The notes: generated by a model not told the origin, from the letters alone. A DNA stretch of 62,134 nucleotides, filler included, from Globobulimina sp. (GCA_003354225.1; 8 parts of 8 records of this genome joined end to end with filler, not necessarily neighbours in it), one strand, 5' to 3'. Counted from the first letter of the whole stretch, positions 46,751 through 60,300 are shown. A program made the numbers and translations.

Positions 46751-47224
46751 AATCCCTATCAATTATTATTTACATATTTAAAACGTTGCCATAAACTATC
46801 ATTAAATTCAAATACATTCACGTATACAAATTCAAGCCCAGCATTCAGATTAGAAAATGGAATATCGGCAACAACTAAATTCTTAGGCAAAATTGCAAAA
46901 GAAATTGCAAAATTAACTAATGAATCAGAACCAAAGAGATTAACTGGTTATTCTTTCAGAATTGGAGGTGCGACGCTATCGTGTATGCAACAAATACCAC
47001 AACCTAAATTATTAAAATATGTAGGATGGAAACCGTCGCACTTACCGCATGTTTCAATGAGATATATGCGTTACAAAGAAGTAGATTTTAAAACTTTTGT
47101 TTTTGAACTACTTCACGGATCAAATGAAGTATCACATATTAATCAATTATCAACATTTAAAATAACAGCAGAAATATACGATCCATGGACTACAGATTTA
47201 GACAGAAAAAAAATATGGGATTAA
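46751..47224 (+). CDS. Element B tyrosine recombinase, C-terminal part
   Basis: Manual translation from the contig start: NPYQLLFTYLKR...IAKEI...EPKRLTGYSFRIGGATL...IPQPKLLKYVGWKPSHLPHVSMRYMRY...IYDPW. Colinear with the element A YR. Confidence 0.9.
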   Translation, partial: NPYQLLFTYLKRCHKLSLNSNTFTYTNSSPAFRLENGISATTKFLGKIAKEIAKLTNESEPKRLTGYSFRIGGATLSCMQQIPQPKLLKYVGWKPSHLPHVSMRYMRYKEVDFKTFVFELLHGSNEVSHINQLSTFKITAEIYDPWTTDLDRKKIWD

Positions 47225-47814
47225 TCAATTAAAAGTTAACAAACAATCAAATTAAAATTTGCAACAAATCAATAAACTTTCAATTAATTGCCTTAAAATA
47301 ATTCACAAATAAATTCTCCAAATTAATTAAAATTATTCCTCTCTTTTTATCTTTAAAATTATAAATAATTTTTCCTAATCATTTAATTATATTGCGCCTA
47401 TAAATAAATAATAAGTGATAAATGCGAGCCTACGGGATATGGGGATTATATATACTAAAATTGTCTCCATATAAATTAATTTAATTTAATTCAATTCTTT
47501 CTCCCGTTTGCTTGAAATAATATAAATAAAGAAAGAAGAAACAACAGTTATTATAAATCATAATAATAAACGTAGAGCAATTATTCTGCTTATAATGACT
47601 TTGTGAATGTGTGTCTTTTTGTTGTTGTTGAAGTGAAGTTTTTTATCTTTGAACTGAACTTCAACAAACTTTTTACCCTCGCCTCTGAATCCAGACTCCT
47701 TGCAAAAAAGTACAAAGTGATAAGTAATCACACAAATTAACAAACATATCATACAAACTATTAACAAACTTCCTTAACATATTAATACAAACAACTTCCC
47801 CAATTCCATTCAAA

Positions 47815-49558
47815 ATGACATCAAATAAACATGAATTAGAAGATAATGCAAATGAAGTATCAAAGTTCATATCTGAACCTGTAAAATTCAGCGAAATTGA
47901 TGTTGTACAGTTATATGCAACAATGGCTGATCAAATTGCAAAAATAAATGAACAAAACTGGTTAATATCGTTTCGTAAAAATGTCCTTAAATCAAAACCT
48001 TCAAATATCGCAAATTCCGATAAAATTGCATATTTAACCCAAGTTGAAATAGTAATATTATGTTATTATTTAAAATCATTATTATCAAAGGTTTATTTTA
48101 GCCCAGCAAAGAATCGAACAACTTTTGAATCATTAAAATTATTTCTTAATACAATATTTAAACATTGTATTTATGATAATAAACATCGCTCCCTTTTTGA
48201 CATAGTAATTTCAGTCGCAACGCCAATTTCCGATAAAGACTTTAAAAATTTAAGAGAAATAAAATACAAATCCGAATACAAAAAATATAAATTAATCACA
48301 CAATTTGATTACATCAATTATTTAGATTTATTATTATCAAATAAAACTAATAATATAATTAACTTAAATTTATCCCATTCCCAAGATGAGATTGATAATG
48401 CGGAAAGTGATGATTTTAAACATCCAAATTATAATGGAATGTCACATACATTTGGCAATGATTTTACTTTCTCTGCATCAAATCTCTTAAATTTACCTGA
48501 AATTAATAAATATACCAATAAACCCCCAAAAATAAATGAAATTACGTCAATCCCATCGTCCACTCAATCAAAACCAATCAATTCCAACAAAAATAAAAAT
48601 ATAACTCCGACAACAACCTCCAACAAATCAAATAAATCAAATACAAATAGAACAGCAGTAAATGATACATCTTATATGCACTCGCCCTCATTCCCAATAT
48701 TCACCACAAAAGACATTACAAATAAAACTAACTTTGAAAACTTCTGTGATTCCATAATAGGCGAAACATTAAATTTATTAAGCAATGATACGATACTTTA
48801 TCGCCAACAATTATTGATTGCAATATTAGTAAATATTTATTTATTCAATTTTAGTATTTCAATGCCTACCTCGTCTCCAATTAATAAACATATTGCGGTA
48901 ATTGCAAAAACCAAAGATTTAAATTGTTTATATAGGAATATGAGGAAACAAATACCGTCAGTTCAAAAGCAATTATATGAGACAGGAATAATTGATAAAA
49001 ATGGATATATAATAAATTTAAAAAAATACAAATTAGTCCTCAAACATCGCAAAATACCACATTTAATAATTACTAAATATTCGCCTCAAACACGAGTACG
49101 CCCAAAACCCGATAATTGTACCCCTTTATTTGATAATTTATTTCAACCCCAACCAAGAAGACATAAATCATCATCTCCGCTTACTGTGGCAACAACAAAT
49201 AAACCATTAACAAAAAATGATATGGTATTAATGCAAAATCAAATTAATACGGCAATTAACTCTAAATTTGATTTATTAAAACAAGGTTTAGATCGAAGAG
49301 AATACGCAAAAAAACCTACCTTTGAATGGAATGAACATAAATCAAATCATAATCAATTAAGTTCAATTAACACAAATGATATGATTGCAGCAGTAATAGA
49401 TAAAGAGAAAAAACATGAATGTATATTGAAAATTGTTGATGTTGCAATTACAAATAATCGAAATAAAAACGTTGTATTAGTAAACAATTTAATTAATCAG
49501 AAAGTTGGTATAAATGGACAAAGATTAACAAATAAAGATATTGTACGCCAATTAGAAG
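47815..49558 (+). CDS. Element B ORF1 (putative common 5' exon)
   Basis: ATG-initiated. Homology with element A ORF1 ends at ...QLE G|GTATAT (phase-1 donor at 49559). The last 26 ORF codons (IYIYLLFYQIFF...) read like translated intron. Confidence 0.8.
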
Positions 49559-49779
49559 GTATATATATTTACCTTTTATTCTATCAAATATTTTTTATTC
49601 GTTTTAACTTTCTTTTTTTGAATTTTTATAAATTATAATGATTTGAATAGATTGACATCTTTCTTACGTAATAATTTTAGTTCTTTCTTTGAATTTTAAA
49701 TCAATAATTTATATTTTACCACAACCACAACTTAAATTTATTAAAATATATTAAAATGATTTTAATTAATACTAAAAAG

Positions 49780-51017
49780 GAAATATAACATTGTCAAATA
49801 TTGCGATAATGCAATCACCTGCAAATTCAGCAAATATTAAAAGTTTATTAAATAACAAAATTATTTTGTCAATAAAAGCAGATTTAATATTATTTATTAC
49901 TGGCACAAATGATGAAGATTTCTCATTTCTTAATTTAATGTATCAAATAAATAAATATTTAAACAAAAGATGTAAATTTTTGCATAATAACTTTTCAACA
50001 GAATTAAAATCATTATTTAACAATAAATGGAATATATACAATACATTTAATTGGATTAGAGAATATATTAATGATTTAAACATAAAATTTAATAAATTAA
50101 TTCCAAAAACATTGGAAGAAGCAGAATTATTCAGAGTAATAAGACTATGGTTTGATTATAAATCATATGATATTAAAAAATTAATGGAAACGTTATTATT
50201 CTCTGTAAAAGATACAAAATTTGAACCTCATTTAATGGCAGCATGGGTTGATGGAGGTGTTCGTGATGCAATTATAAAAAATCAATGTTTCACAGTAATA
50301 TTCACGAGTAATTTTATGAACAATCATCGAATTAAAAACAGCAAAATAACATTGGATGTATTCCTTTCAAATCAATTTAATAATTATTCCAGTGAGGATG
50401 CACAAAATAAATCAAATTTAATTACAAAAACAGATAAAATTAAAGACCGAAGGAAAGCTGGTAATAATCGAGAATCAACAGATAACGACGCATATTATTA
50501 TCGTCAGAGAGAATCGAATGAAAATAGATATAATCCTCCTCCATATCGAGAGCGTCGTAACAGAAATCATCGAGATCGGCGTAATCGAAATAGGGATACA
50601 GATAAAAAAGGTGCGTATCAACAAAATGAAAATACTCAAAATAATAATACTCGAAATTACAATCCAGAATACAATCGAAATAATAATGATGATTACAAAC
50701 GAGGATACCGAAATTACCGTGATAATGTTAGGAATGACTATGCAAAATATGACAGAAATTATGAGCAGCAAACAAGATCAGATTATCCTCGTAGTAATCG
50801 ACAGAATAAGCAGCCAAATGTATTAGTTGAAGCTGTAAAAGAATGCAAATCATTGTTGAGAGGAACTGGGAAATATTATTCTCTCAAATCACAGCAATGC
50901 GCATCATACAATGCAAATGATTCATGTTACAAAGGTGCCGAAAATTGCCAACGTGATCATAAATGTATATTACATCCAAGAGATAATCATCCATTATGCA
51001 AATGTCCCTCGTTATAA
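49780..51017 (+). CDS. Element B Gag-like exon with Arg/Asn-rich region and CCCH zinc finger
   Basis: Acceptor ACTAAAAAG|GA AAT ATA ACA TTG; ELKSLF.NKWN shared with element A; C-terminus CASYNANDSCYKGAENCQRDHKCILHPRDNHPLCKC. Confidence 0.8.
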
Positions 51018-51350
51018 ATAAAAATAAAACTAATTTAATACCAAATTCTAATAAATTAATTTCCAAATAATACAATTTACCAAATAAGTTTCTTTAATCA
51101 TTACAAAACAGTATTATTTAAATTTATTCATTGAATTTTATTAATTGTTACTTAACTTATTGTTTATATGTAAAATAATTTAAATTTTCTAAATTTCGCC
51201 AACATATTTCCAACTTTGTCAATTAAAAAACTAAATAAAATATAAATTTCTTGTCGCTAATACTTATTTAATATATAAAATAAGTCCCCTTTGTCGCAGT
51301 GGTTGTGGTAATTTCTTTGCTTAAATTCTAAAAATCTTTCTTTTATTCAG

Positions 51351-53176
51351 AAATATCTCCAGAATGTGCCTCAAAATTAAAAAATCTCCAAAAATTACAT
51401 AGCGAAGGATCTAAATTTAAAAATGATTTAAATATCAAACAATTCAAAAAATATTTGAAAACAAAACAAAATTCAAAACTTGTAATTAAATATGTTGAAC
51501 ATGGATTTCCTTTATTTCTTAAAACGCATAACAAAACTGACCCGAATGGAGTACCTTTGTCACCTCTCGAACTTTCAACAAATATTAATAACATTGCCAA
51601 CTCCTTAAATGATGTAAAAGCATTTATTGATAAATTAGCAGAAGAAGTAAAAAATGGACAAATTGAGCCAATTTATCATAATGCAAAATATTATTGCATG
51701 ATTTTTGGAACTCCCAAAAAAGACGAAAAAGGATTTTACACAAAAGTCAGAGTAATAAGAAATGGTTCATACCACGAACAAGGCAAAACTGCCATAAATC
51801 AATGGATAAATAAACAAAAATGCAAAATGAAAAACCTCCCGAACATGATACAATACATAAAATTATTAATTAATAAGAATTACTTTGCCTTAAGAGACTT
51901 ATCTGACTTCTTCAGACAAGTTCCATTACCAAAAGAAGACGCGGATTACATTGGATATTCATTATTTGGCCTCAGATTTAGAGATCGCAAACAGCCATAC
52001 GGTGTAGCTTCAGCCCCAGCAAACTCACAGTGGTTTGCCACACTTTTAATTTGGATCATGAACAATCATAAACTCTCCAATGACCCAGAATTATTAAATT
52101 GTATCTTAGTCCATATCGATGATTTCGTCTTAGCAACAAAAACAAAACAAAACTGCTCAAAATTAGAAACAATTTTTGATGAATTAATGTCAGAATTAAA
52201 TGTAAAAATATCTCATAAAAAATCAGTACATTGCTGTCAAGAAGCAATATTATACGGATTATCATGGAATTTACGAAATAAATTAATATCAATACCTGAA
52301 AAAGCATACATTGAATTAAAGAGATTCATAGATTTAGTCATAAGATATCGAATAGTCTCAGGTGCAGCGCTTGAATCCCTTACAGGGAAAATAATGCATT
52401 GGTCGCAATTAAATAAATCCTCAAAATCGTTAGTCTTTAATTCCATTTTTTATATTCATAAAAATCTTAGAAACGGCAACTTAAAAAAATCAGATTATAT
52501 AATATTACCATTGTCAATCATAAATGATTTGAAATTCTGGTTAAAATACGCAGATTGCATAAGATGTGTACCAATGGCACACATTTTAAATTCACCATCA
52601 ATTAATATTTATGCTGCGACAGATGCATGTAACGAAGGAGCAGGATTTGTCATTGATAATGTATTCGCAAAATATAAATTTGTAAATAATGATAAAAATT
52701 GGCATATAAATTTAAAAGAAGCTCACTGTGTATTATCATTAATTGAAACATTTAAACATAGATTAACAGGAAAAGCACTTTTATTATACATTGATAATGC
52801 TTCGTGTTTCTATGCTATGGCAAGGAAATGGTCGTCAACCTATTCGTTAATGATGTTTGTATATGAATTATGTATAAAATTAATGAAATATCGCATATTT
52901 TGTAAATTAGAATGGGTTCCTTCAGCATTTAACTCATTACCGGATGCATTATCACGTGATGATGATGAAAAATTCTTTAATTATTGCAATCTTTTTAATT
53001 TACGATTAAATCAAATCAAACCAACATATTTTAATGACTTTAAATTTGATTTTAATCAAAATAAATTTTATGAAAATGATATGATTGAATATAGAAAATT
53101 TATAAATTGGCTCAATTTATCACCAAAAATAAGAGAACAATGTGATTATCCTTTTTATGGTGACTATAATATCTAG
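51351..53176 (+). CDS. Element B reverse transcriptase-RNase H (intact)
   Basis: Acceptor CTTTCTTTTATTCAG|AA ATA TCT CCA. RT motifs RDLSDFFRQV, QPYGVASAP and VHIDDF; RNase H motifs ATDAC, INLKEA, YIDNAS and NSLPDALSR. Confidence 0.92.
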
Positions 53177-53778
53177 AAATTACTTGAATTATTACATATA
53201 AATGATAAATTGCTCAAAATTGTGTTTATTTCAATTAAAATACCAATTAATTAATATTGAATAATTAATAAAATGTGTTTCTATCTATAAATGCTATAAA
53301 ATTGTATAAAATTTCTAATTAATTAAACTGTTTAAATTGTGGCATATTCTGTTGATTCTAATTATATTCAATAACAATATAATTTAACTTGATTGCATAA
53401 ATTGTCAATATAAACGACTTAGCAATTATAAATTCAGCAATTGTACTTATTAATTAACAGACTCAAAACGACTAGTGAGGTCACGAGCGGATGCTCGGAC
53501 TCAAAAGTCAAGGGTACAAAAGTTTACTTATTTTAAAAAAAACTTGCGACTAACAAAAGAGAAACGAACTTTTTAAAATATAAAAAAAGAGATTTCTCCA
53601 CAATATAATTCTGATGAAACTTATGAAACCTCAGTAAAAGTTACTAACTGTTGAAATTTTAAGACCCTAAAAGGATTATAATGACTTTCATAAGCGTCAG
53701 ATTTAAATTTTCTTCTTAATGCACTTTTTCCTTAATCAAAAAATGCATATTATAAATTATAATAATATTTAATATCAG

Positions 53779-54392
53779 ATCATATGAAAGAGAGATTAAA
53801 CAATAATCGTATGGCAAAAAAAGATCTGAAAAACAGAAATCATATTAATAAATTAAAAACAAATTATAATATTATGACAACAAAAGCAAATTATGTATCA
53901 AGTTTAAGAAACTGGGCAAAATATTGTATTGAATATAATGAAAACCCATTTCAAATGCCAATAGATCCATTGGTTGTAACTTATTGGTTCTCCGAAAGAG
54001 CATTACAAGCAGGCAGCGTTGCGTCAATTTGTACATGGCAGTCTTCCCTAAGTTGGCTATGCAAAATAAAAGGATTCACACCTTCGTTTAGAGACAATTA
54101 TGATTTTTCTACATTTAAAAAAGAATTAAAAAAAGAATATGCAGAAGAATCGGATACGAGACTCCCATTCGATTTAAATCACATATTTCTATATACAAAA
54201 CATTATAAATGTTATGGAAAACACTTAAAATATATTCCATTAATTGATTACTTAAAAGTATTATTGGCTCAAATATATTTCTGTTCGATGGCAAGACCAT
54301 GCGAATTAACAAAAATAATAGGAAATGAGTCCAAACCTGGATTAAAATTAGGTGATATCTTTCATAATACAGATGCAGCAAATCCAAATGAT
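53779..54392 (+). CDS. Element B tyrosine recombinase, N-terminal part (cut by the contig end)
   Basis: YVSSLRNWAKYC, DPL..TYWFSERALQ.GSV, RLPF.L.H and IYFCSMARPCEL, all shared with the element A YR. Confidence 0.9.
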
Positions 54393-54492
54393 NNNNNNNN
54401 NNNNNNNNNNNNNNNNNNNNNNNNNNNNNNNNNNNNTTAATTAATTAANNNNNNNNNNNNNNNNNNNNNNNNNNNNNNNNNNNNNNNNNNNN

Positions 54493-56606
54493 CGCACCAC
54501 AACATCCCATTTCCATAATTTATACCGCAACGTGTAACAAATTGGCGATGTTTTCTCGATTAAAATGCGATATTTCACGTTTTTATAGATCAGTTCGACG
54601 GGGATTTTCACCAAAGCATCCGTGTATTTTTCGCGATTGATATTCCTGCCATGCTTTAAATCGGATAATAACTTATTTTCAATCTGCAGCAAATTGTTAT
54701 GACCGTCAGCAATGGCGCCCAGTAATACGATTTTCTCCGCAGTTAAATGTGACGGCACACGGATCACATTCATCATACTTTCCATTTGCTGCTCCAACCA
54801 CGTGGTATGAAACTCGCCTTTTTGATACTGTACATTCTCCAAAATGGAGCTCAAAAACTCTATAGTCGTACGGATCTCGCCTCGAATCTCCAGCTGACTC
54901 AAGGCCAAAATCATAGACTTCCGCGCTTCGTCCCTGGTCTTTCCAGTGGCGAATATATGTCCAAACTGCGAGTCTGCATAATCATGAATGGTGGATTTCG
55001 TTTTCAGTGAGAAATAACCGCTGACATTGGGCAATGGTCGAAAATGTAGCTCTGATATTAAGCCGCTTGTTGGCGTGAAGTTATTCAATGGGTTTTCCGC
55101 CGTAATCCTACAGGCAATGGCATGTTGGATGGGTTTTATGCGTCGGCTATGTTCATCAAATGAAAACGTAGAGGTATCGTTGATATCTTTACACGCATAC
55201 AATTGACGGATGTCTTTGATGCAATATAAGGGTAAACCCATTGCAATCTGTACCTGCGCAGCGGGCAAATTAATGCCAGATATCAGCTCAGTTACGGTAT
55301 GTTCCACTTGTAAGCGGGGGTTTAATTCCAAGAAGAAATAGGTTTTACTCTCGTTATCGTAGAGGAACTCCACGGTGCCCGCACCGACATAATGTACAGA
55401 TTTAGCTAAGGATACGGCACTTTGTTCCATTTCTAAGATTAATTTCTCGTCCACATTGATGATGGGGCCTTCTTCGATGATTTTTTGATGCCGCCGTTGC
55501 ATAGAACAATCTCGACCAAATATGGCGATGACATTACCCCAATGGTCGCCGAGTAATTGCACTTCCAAATGGCGTGCGTTGGACGCGAGTTTCATGAGAA
55601 ATATGGGCGAGCCGGGCACTTCGGACACGACCTGGTTGTATGCGGCTTGTATCTCGGAGTTATTGTCGCATTTACGAATGCCTTTACCGCCGCCACCTTC
55701 GGAGGCTTTGATCATGACCGGATAGCCGATGGTGTCCGCACATTCTATGGCTTCTTGCAAGTTGGAAATGCACGCTTTTTTAAAACCATTTTGGATTTCA
55801 CTCATATCACCTTTTTTTTATTTTATTTTATGTGCATAAGTAATGCAAAAAAATGTGACATTCGTTTTTGAAAAAACAACAGTTTGTATACAGTGAAAGA
55901 GAGGACAAACAACATGCAATTTGGGTTAGTTTGCACCCATTAAACAGACCTTTTTGATATTTACAACGAATATTAGTGCCGCTCCAAGGCACAGTGGGTA
56001 CTTTGGCGTATTGTGCGATTAATGTCGATATTATTTTATCCCCAGAAGCGTACATGGCGTCGGCATCTGGCCCAATCCAACCGATATTATTCTGCTTTAA
56101 TTGGCGAGGCAACTGTGGATATTCAGAAGCATGGCCCCATCCCGGCCACACCGCATCGCATTTGGTTTGTTTTGCGATGGTTACTATAATGGTAACATTG
56201 GCGTAGTTATAGTTATTGCTGCCTCCTGGCACAGGAACCACTTCATCCGCCATACGTATATACTCCGCATTAGACTGGATATCTTCGGGCGTTGCCATAC
56301 ATACAAAATGAATGGCGTTCAAATCACCAAATGTCTCGTAACTCCACCGACGCACTGACTTTATACACTTGACTGCAGCGATGCCATTGTTTGCAATCAG
56401 TAATTTTTTTATGGTTTTGTTGCCAGAATGGTAGCGTACCCATGCTTCCATAGAGGGTGGTTTGCGTGCGGTTTTTGTGTCAGATTTATTGGTGGAATCA
56501 TTGGAAAACGAATGTGTGTTCACAGAGTCTGAGCTATCATCTGTTTTATGGTCATATTCGTCGTCGTCTTCGTTGCTATGATGTGGGCCGGTAAGTCTTT
56601 TACGCG
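54493..56606 (-). CDS. ACC1: Eukaryotic multidomain acetyl-CoA carboxylase, biotin carboxylase region (3'-truncated; intron 55811-55949)
   Basis: LLIANNGIAAVKCI.SVRRWSY, VPVPGGSNNYNYANV, AVWPGWGHASE, MIKASEGGGGKGIR, RDCSMQRRHQKIIEEGP, LELNPRLQVEH and DSQFGHIF. Confidence 0.95.
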
Positions 56607-56615
56607 CTAAATATG

Positions 56616-57221
56616 TTAATTTTTGATGGGAAAAATGGAGAAATTATATATATTGGTTACGTACCGTGGCGAGGTCACAGGACTAGCAGCGAAGGCTAAT
56701 CTGCCACGATATAATGGGTGCTCATACACGGTACCACCGCCACGATGATGCGTAGTGCCCGAGACTGGAATGGTGGCGGCTTGATCATACACATAAAGAT
56801 GGGGATATATGTTGGCGCCGACGGGCGAGACTATTTTATTGGGGCGTAGTTGTTGGGTTTGTTGTAAGTGATAGGATGAATACGATGTGGGGTTAAGGTA
56901 ATTAAGTTGGTTAAGTTGATTGAATGAAGGGATACGTGGTATTGGATGATTTGTAAAATATTGATTCATTTCGGAGGTAATCTCGGTGTTTGAGGAGAGA
57001 TATTGTACAATATCTTGATAATCGATGTTTCGATTGTCACTGATGTCTTGTTGTAAATTTTTGAGTTTATTGTTGTCCCAATTCATGGTTTGTTTTAAAT
57101 GTTTGAGCAGGATAGTTTTCGGTAATGGTTCATCGGGACTTCGCTGTAATTCACGGTATAACATTGTTGATACTTTTATTGCTAATTCATTGTATTCCTC
57201 TGTTTTTGTTTCGAGAGACAT
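56616..57221 (-). CDS. Probable upstream exon(s) of the ACC gene (N-terminal extension); splice phase unresolved
   Basis: ATG ORF on the same strand just upstream. The ACC frame opens after an acceptor-like TTAACATATTTAG at about 56607. The nearest GT donors do not match its phase. Confidence 0.45.
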   Translation of the reverse strand: MSLETKTEEYNELAIKVSTMLYRELQRSPDEPLPKTILLKHLKQTMNWDNNKLKNLQQDISDNRNIDYQDIVQYLSSNTEITSEMNQYFTNHPIPRIPSFNQLNQLNYLNPTSYSSYHLQQTQQLRPNKIVSPVGANIYPHLYVYDQAATIPVSGTTHHRGGGTVYEHPLYRGRLAFAASPVTSPRYVTNIYNFSIFPIKN

Positions 57222-57344
57222 GATTTAAATAATGAATAAGTAATCAAATGATTATCTAGATCCACAAATCCGACAGGATGCAGTCTAGTAAATAACTGCC
57301 AGCAAAACTTTTTTTAAGAATAAAACATTTTTTGTACGTTAACA

Positions 57345-60300
57345 ATGGCAAACCAATCATCACCAGAAGAGTCAGATGATACTGACACGACAATATCTGT
57401 TTGTGTGTATATAAATAAACTATATGCGGAAACTGCAGGATTTGAGGAGCAAGAAGATGTTTGGAAATTAGCAGAATTGGATAAATCACAAATTGAAATT
57501 AAACGTTTACGAGAAGATATCCCAAAAGCATTTATAAAATCAAGATGGATCAACCCATTATTTAAAAATAAGAAAGAATATGAGTGGAAAATATTTAGTT
57601 ATGATGCATCTAAAGCAGACCTAGAAATGGAATGTGATGATGATTTACAAGAAGAGATCAATGAATTTTTCGATTCTGATACTGATGAATTTGAAAATGG
57701 TGATTATGTTAACAATGAAAATATATATTTAAAACTAAGAGTTGTATTCTTTCAAAGTATGTTTCCATATCACATAAGTGGCACAACTCTATAATATTTC
57801 TCTACTATTTTATCATTGAACAGTTATAAATGAATCACCAGAGCGGAATCCATCGGAGTTAAAGCCTCCAGAATTGCATATGAAGCGTATCAGACATTTA
57901 TATGACGCGATACAAGAACGCATGGTGTTATTAGCAGAATTAGAATGGATAATATCAGCAGATACATTAGATAGGTATCCATCATGTGCATTTACATTTG
58001 ATATCCGTGAGAATTTGCAATTTACACAACATGAATATGTATTACGTACACATGTACACAACCAAACTTGTGCAGATTTATCACCGTTAGAAGTAGACAC
58101 ACAATATGAGTTTCAAATAAATATGTTTGATGAAGAGATGATGCCATCAGTACCTGCATCACCATGGAGTAAATCATTACGTATTCATACACCTAAACCA
58201 CCGTCGATATTACCAGCACCCAAATATTTACAGATAACCACATGTTTACCTTATTTAATACAATTTCAATGGGATCCTGGATTTGCCTCCGCAACTAAGG
58301 AGAAAGTAAAGTATGTTATAAAAGAACATTTACAATATGGTCAAGATCCGTTTGTAGCACAATATCCAACACCAATTGGCAAATTATCACCATTACAACC
58401 AAACACACGGTATACGTTTACTATTTTCACAGCCATAAATGGCAGAGTATCACCTGAAAGTAAAGCCATTTCAGTCATGACTCCGGCAGCACACTTTTAT
58501 GAAACAGCAAATTATAACCCATCACCGCCTAGCAATGTTGAACAGATTATTGATAATAAATATGATGAAATATTATTAATGTGGGACTTACCACCGCATA
58601 CATTTGGTGATTTAATATATTATCAAATATTGGATTTACCGCAACAGGATGTATTCACATTATATGAGTTACCGTGTCGGATAGCTAGACCTGATAAAGA
58701 TACTTATATTAGGATTGTTACTGTTGCACAAATACATGTTAATGATGAAAATATTGAATTTAAATCTGAGTCTATACAGTTTAAATTAAAAGGTATGGCG
58801 CCTATGATTGATATTTTACACAATGATTTTATAGAAACACCGATGAACCTCAATTATTATCATGAGAATGATAATAGGATATCAGGTTTAGATGATAATA
58901 TGCCTATAAATGATATAAATAAACGATATTTGTCACCATATAAACATTTTGATGGCAATAATAGCAAAATCCGATCTGCTGCAGACGATGATGACGGACA
59001 GTTACCGTTTCCAATAATGATTCAATCAGAAACATCACTTGCACGCACTGACATACAGCAGCATACAAATGATGTTTTTGTTCTAATTGAAAACGAATTT
59101 GATGAATGTAAACAGGAAAATGTATTGAAATGTGCATCATTTGAGAGAATAAAAATATTATTAAATCAGTGTGGTATTATAATGGAATGTGCACAGCCAC
59201 AAAATGAAAAGTTGCACAATATAATCCATGATCTGGTGCATAATAAATTGGGCAATGGAATCTATTCAACTACAGCATTATTAAACGATTTCCATCATCT
59301 AAAATTGTCGCACGATGAAGAGTTTGATAAAATTTTCGTTGCTTTAACGGAGCAAAGTTGTGAGGTTACGACCTGTCAACATTTAGCCAGACATTATCGA
59401 GATCGCACACAAACACAAACACATTTGAAACACAGTGATGACAGCAACGGATATTGTTTAAATTTGATTTCTCGAATACATACTTATTTTATTCATTCAT
59501 ATGATTTGAACAAATTAACTGTCAATGATATTAAAATTCTTACTCAAGAATTAAATCAATTTAAGCAAACAATGCAAATCAATGATGAGACTTATCACGA
59601 TGCACTGCAACAAAAAAAATTAGAAATATCGTACAGAATCATGAGCAATAAGAAAGGTAAATTAATTAAGAAATTAACATCAACGTCAATCAATAATAGA
59701 TATATTGAGCAACAATCAAATGATAACAAAGTTGATGCGTCAGAATATAAACTATTCACTGATGTACTATATGCTGATGGTGGTTTAGCGTTGCTGCTAT
59801 CTGTAATTGATGAGCAGGAATATGATACAGAAGCAATTTATGACGATTTGATACAGGAACAGCAATCAAATATATTTTTATACTTCAAAAACAATTTGCA
59901 ATCTAAAATGCATCAATTTTATGCCATAAAGGAAGTGTTATCAAGATATATATCTGCGGTTAAAAGCGATAATTTGTTAAATTACGAGCAACAAAATAAA
60001 ATGTATACTTTGATACAATTTTGTGGATTAACAACAGCAGCAAGTAACGTAGCAAAAGATTTTTTGCATGCTACAAACTGGAATTTAGTAACTTCAATCG
60101 ATCGCTATTTTATTTTTGGCGGTGATTCATCGAAATTAAAAGTGCATGATTCAAATGTCCAAGCAATAATAAAAGAAGACACAGAGGTAAAAGAAGGCAC
60201 AGAGTTTCTAAACGATGATGTGTATAGTTTGGGAACTAAATGTTGGTATTGGTCCTCAACAAAGAACCATCCAAATTATGTGGGAGCAAAGCATCCAAAT

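Larger units (their letters stand above)
46749..54392 (+). mobile_element. Tyrosine-recombinase retrotransposon (DIRS order), element B; the whole contig is one circularly permuted unit
   Basis: Order is YR C-terminus, noncoding, ORF1, Gag-ZnF, RT/RNaseH, YR N-terminus. All parts are homologous to element A, and no host gene is present on the contig. Confidence 0.9.

Noticed and set aside
54393-54492. Recombinase next to acetyl-CoA carboxylase, or SPRY gene next to element B, as cargo or insertion context
   Set aside because: They are separated by artificial linkers and lie on different contigs.
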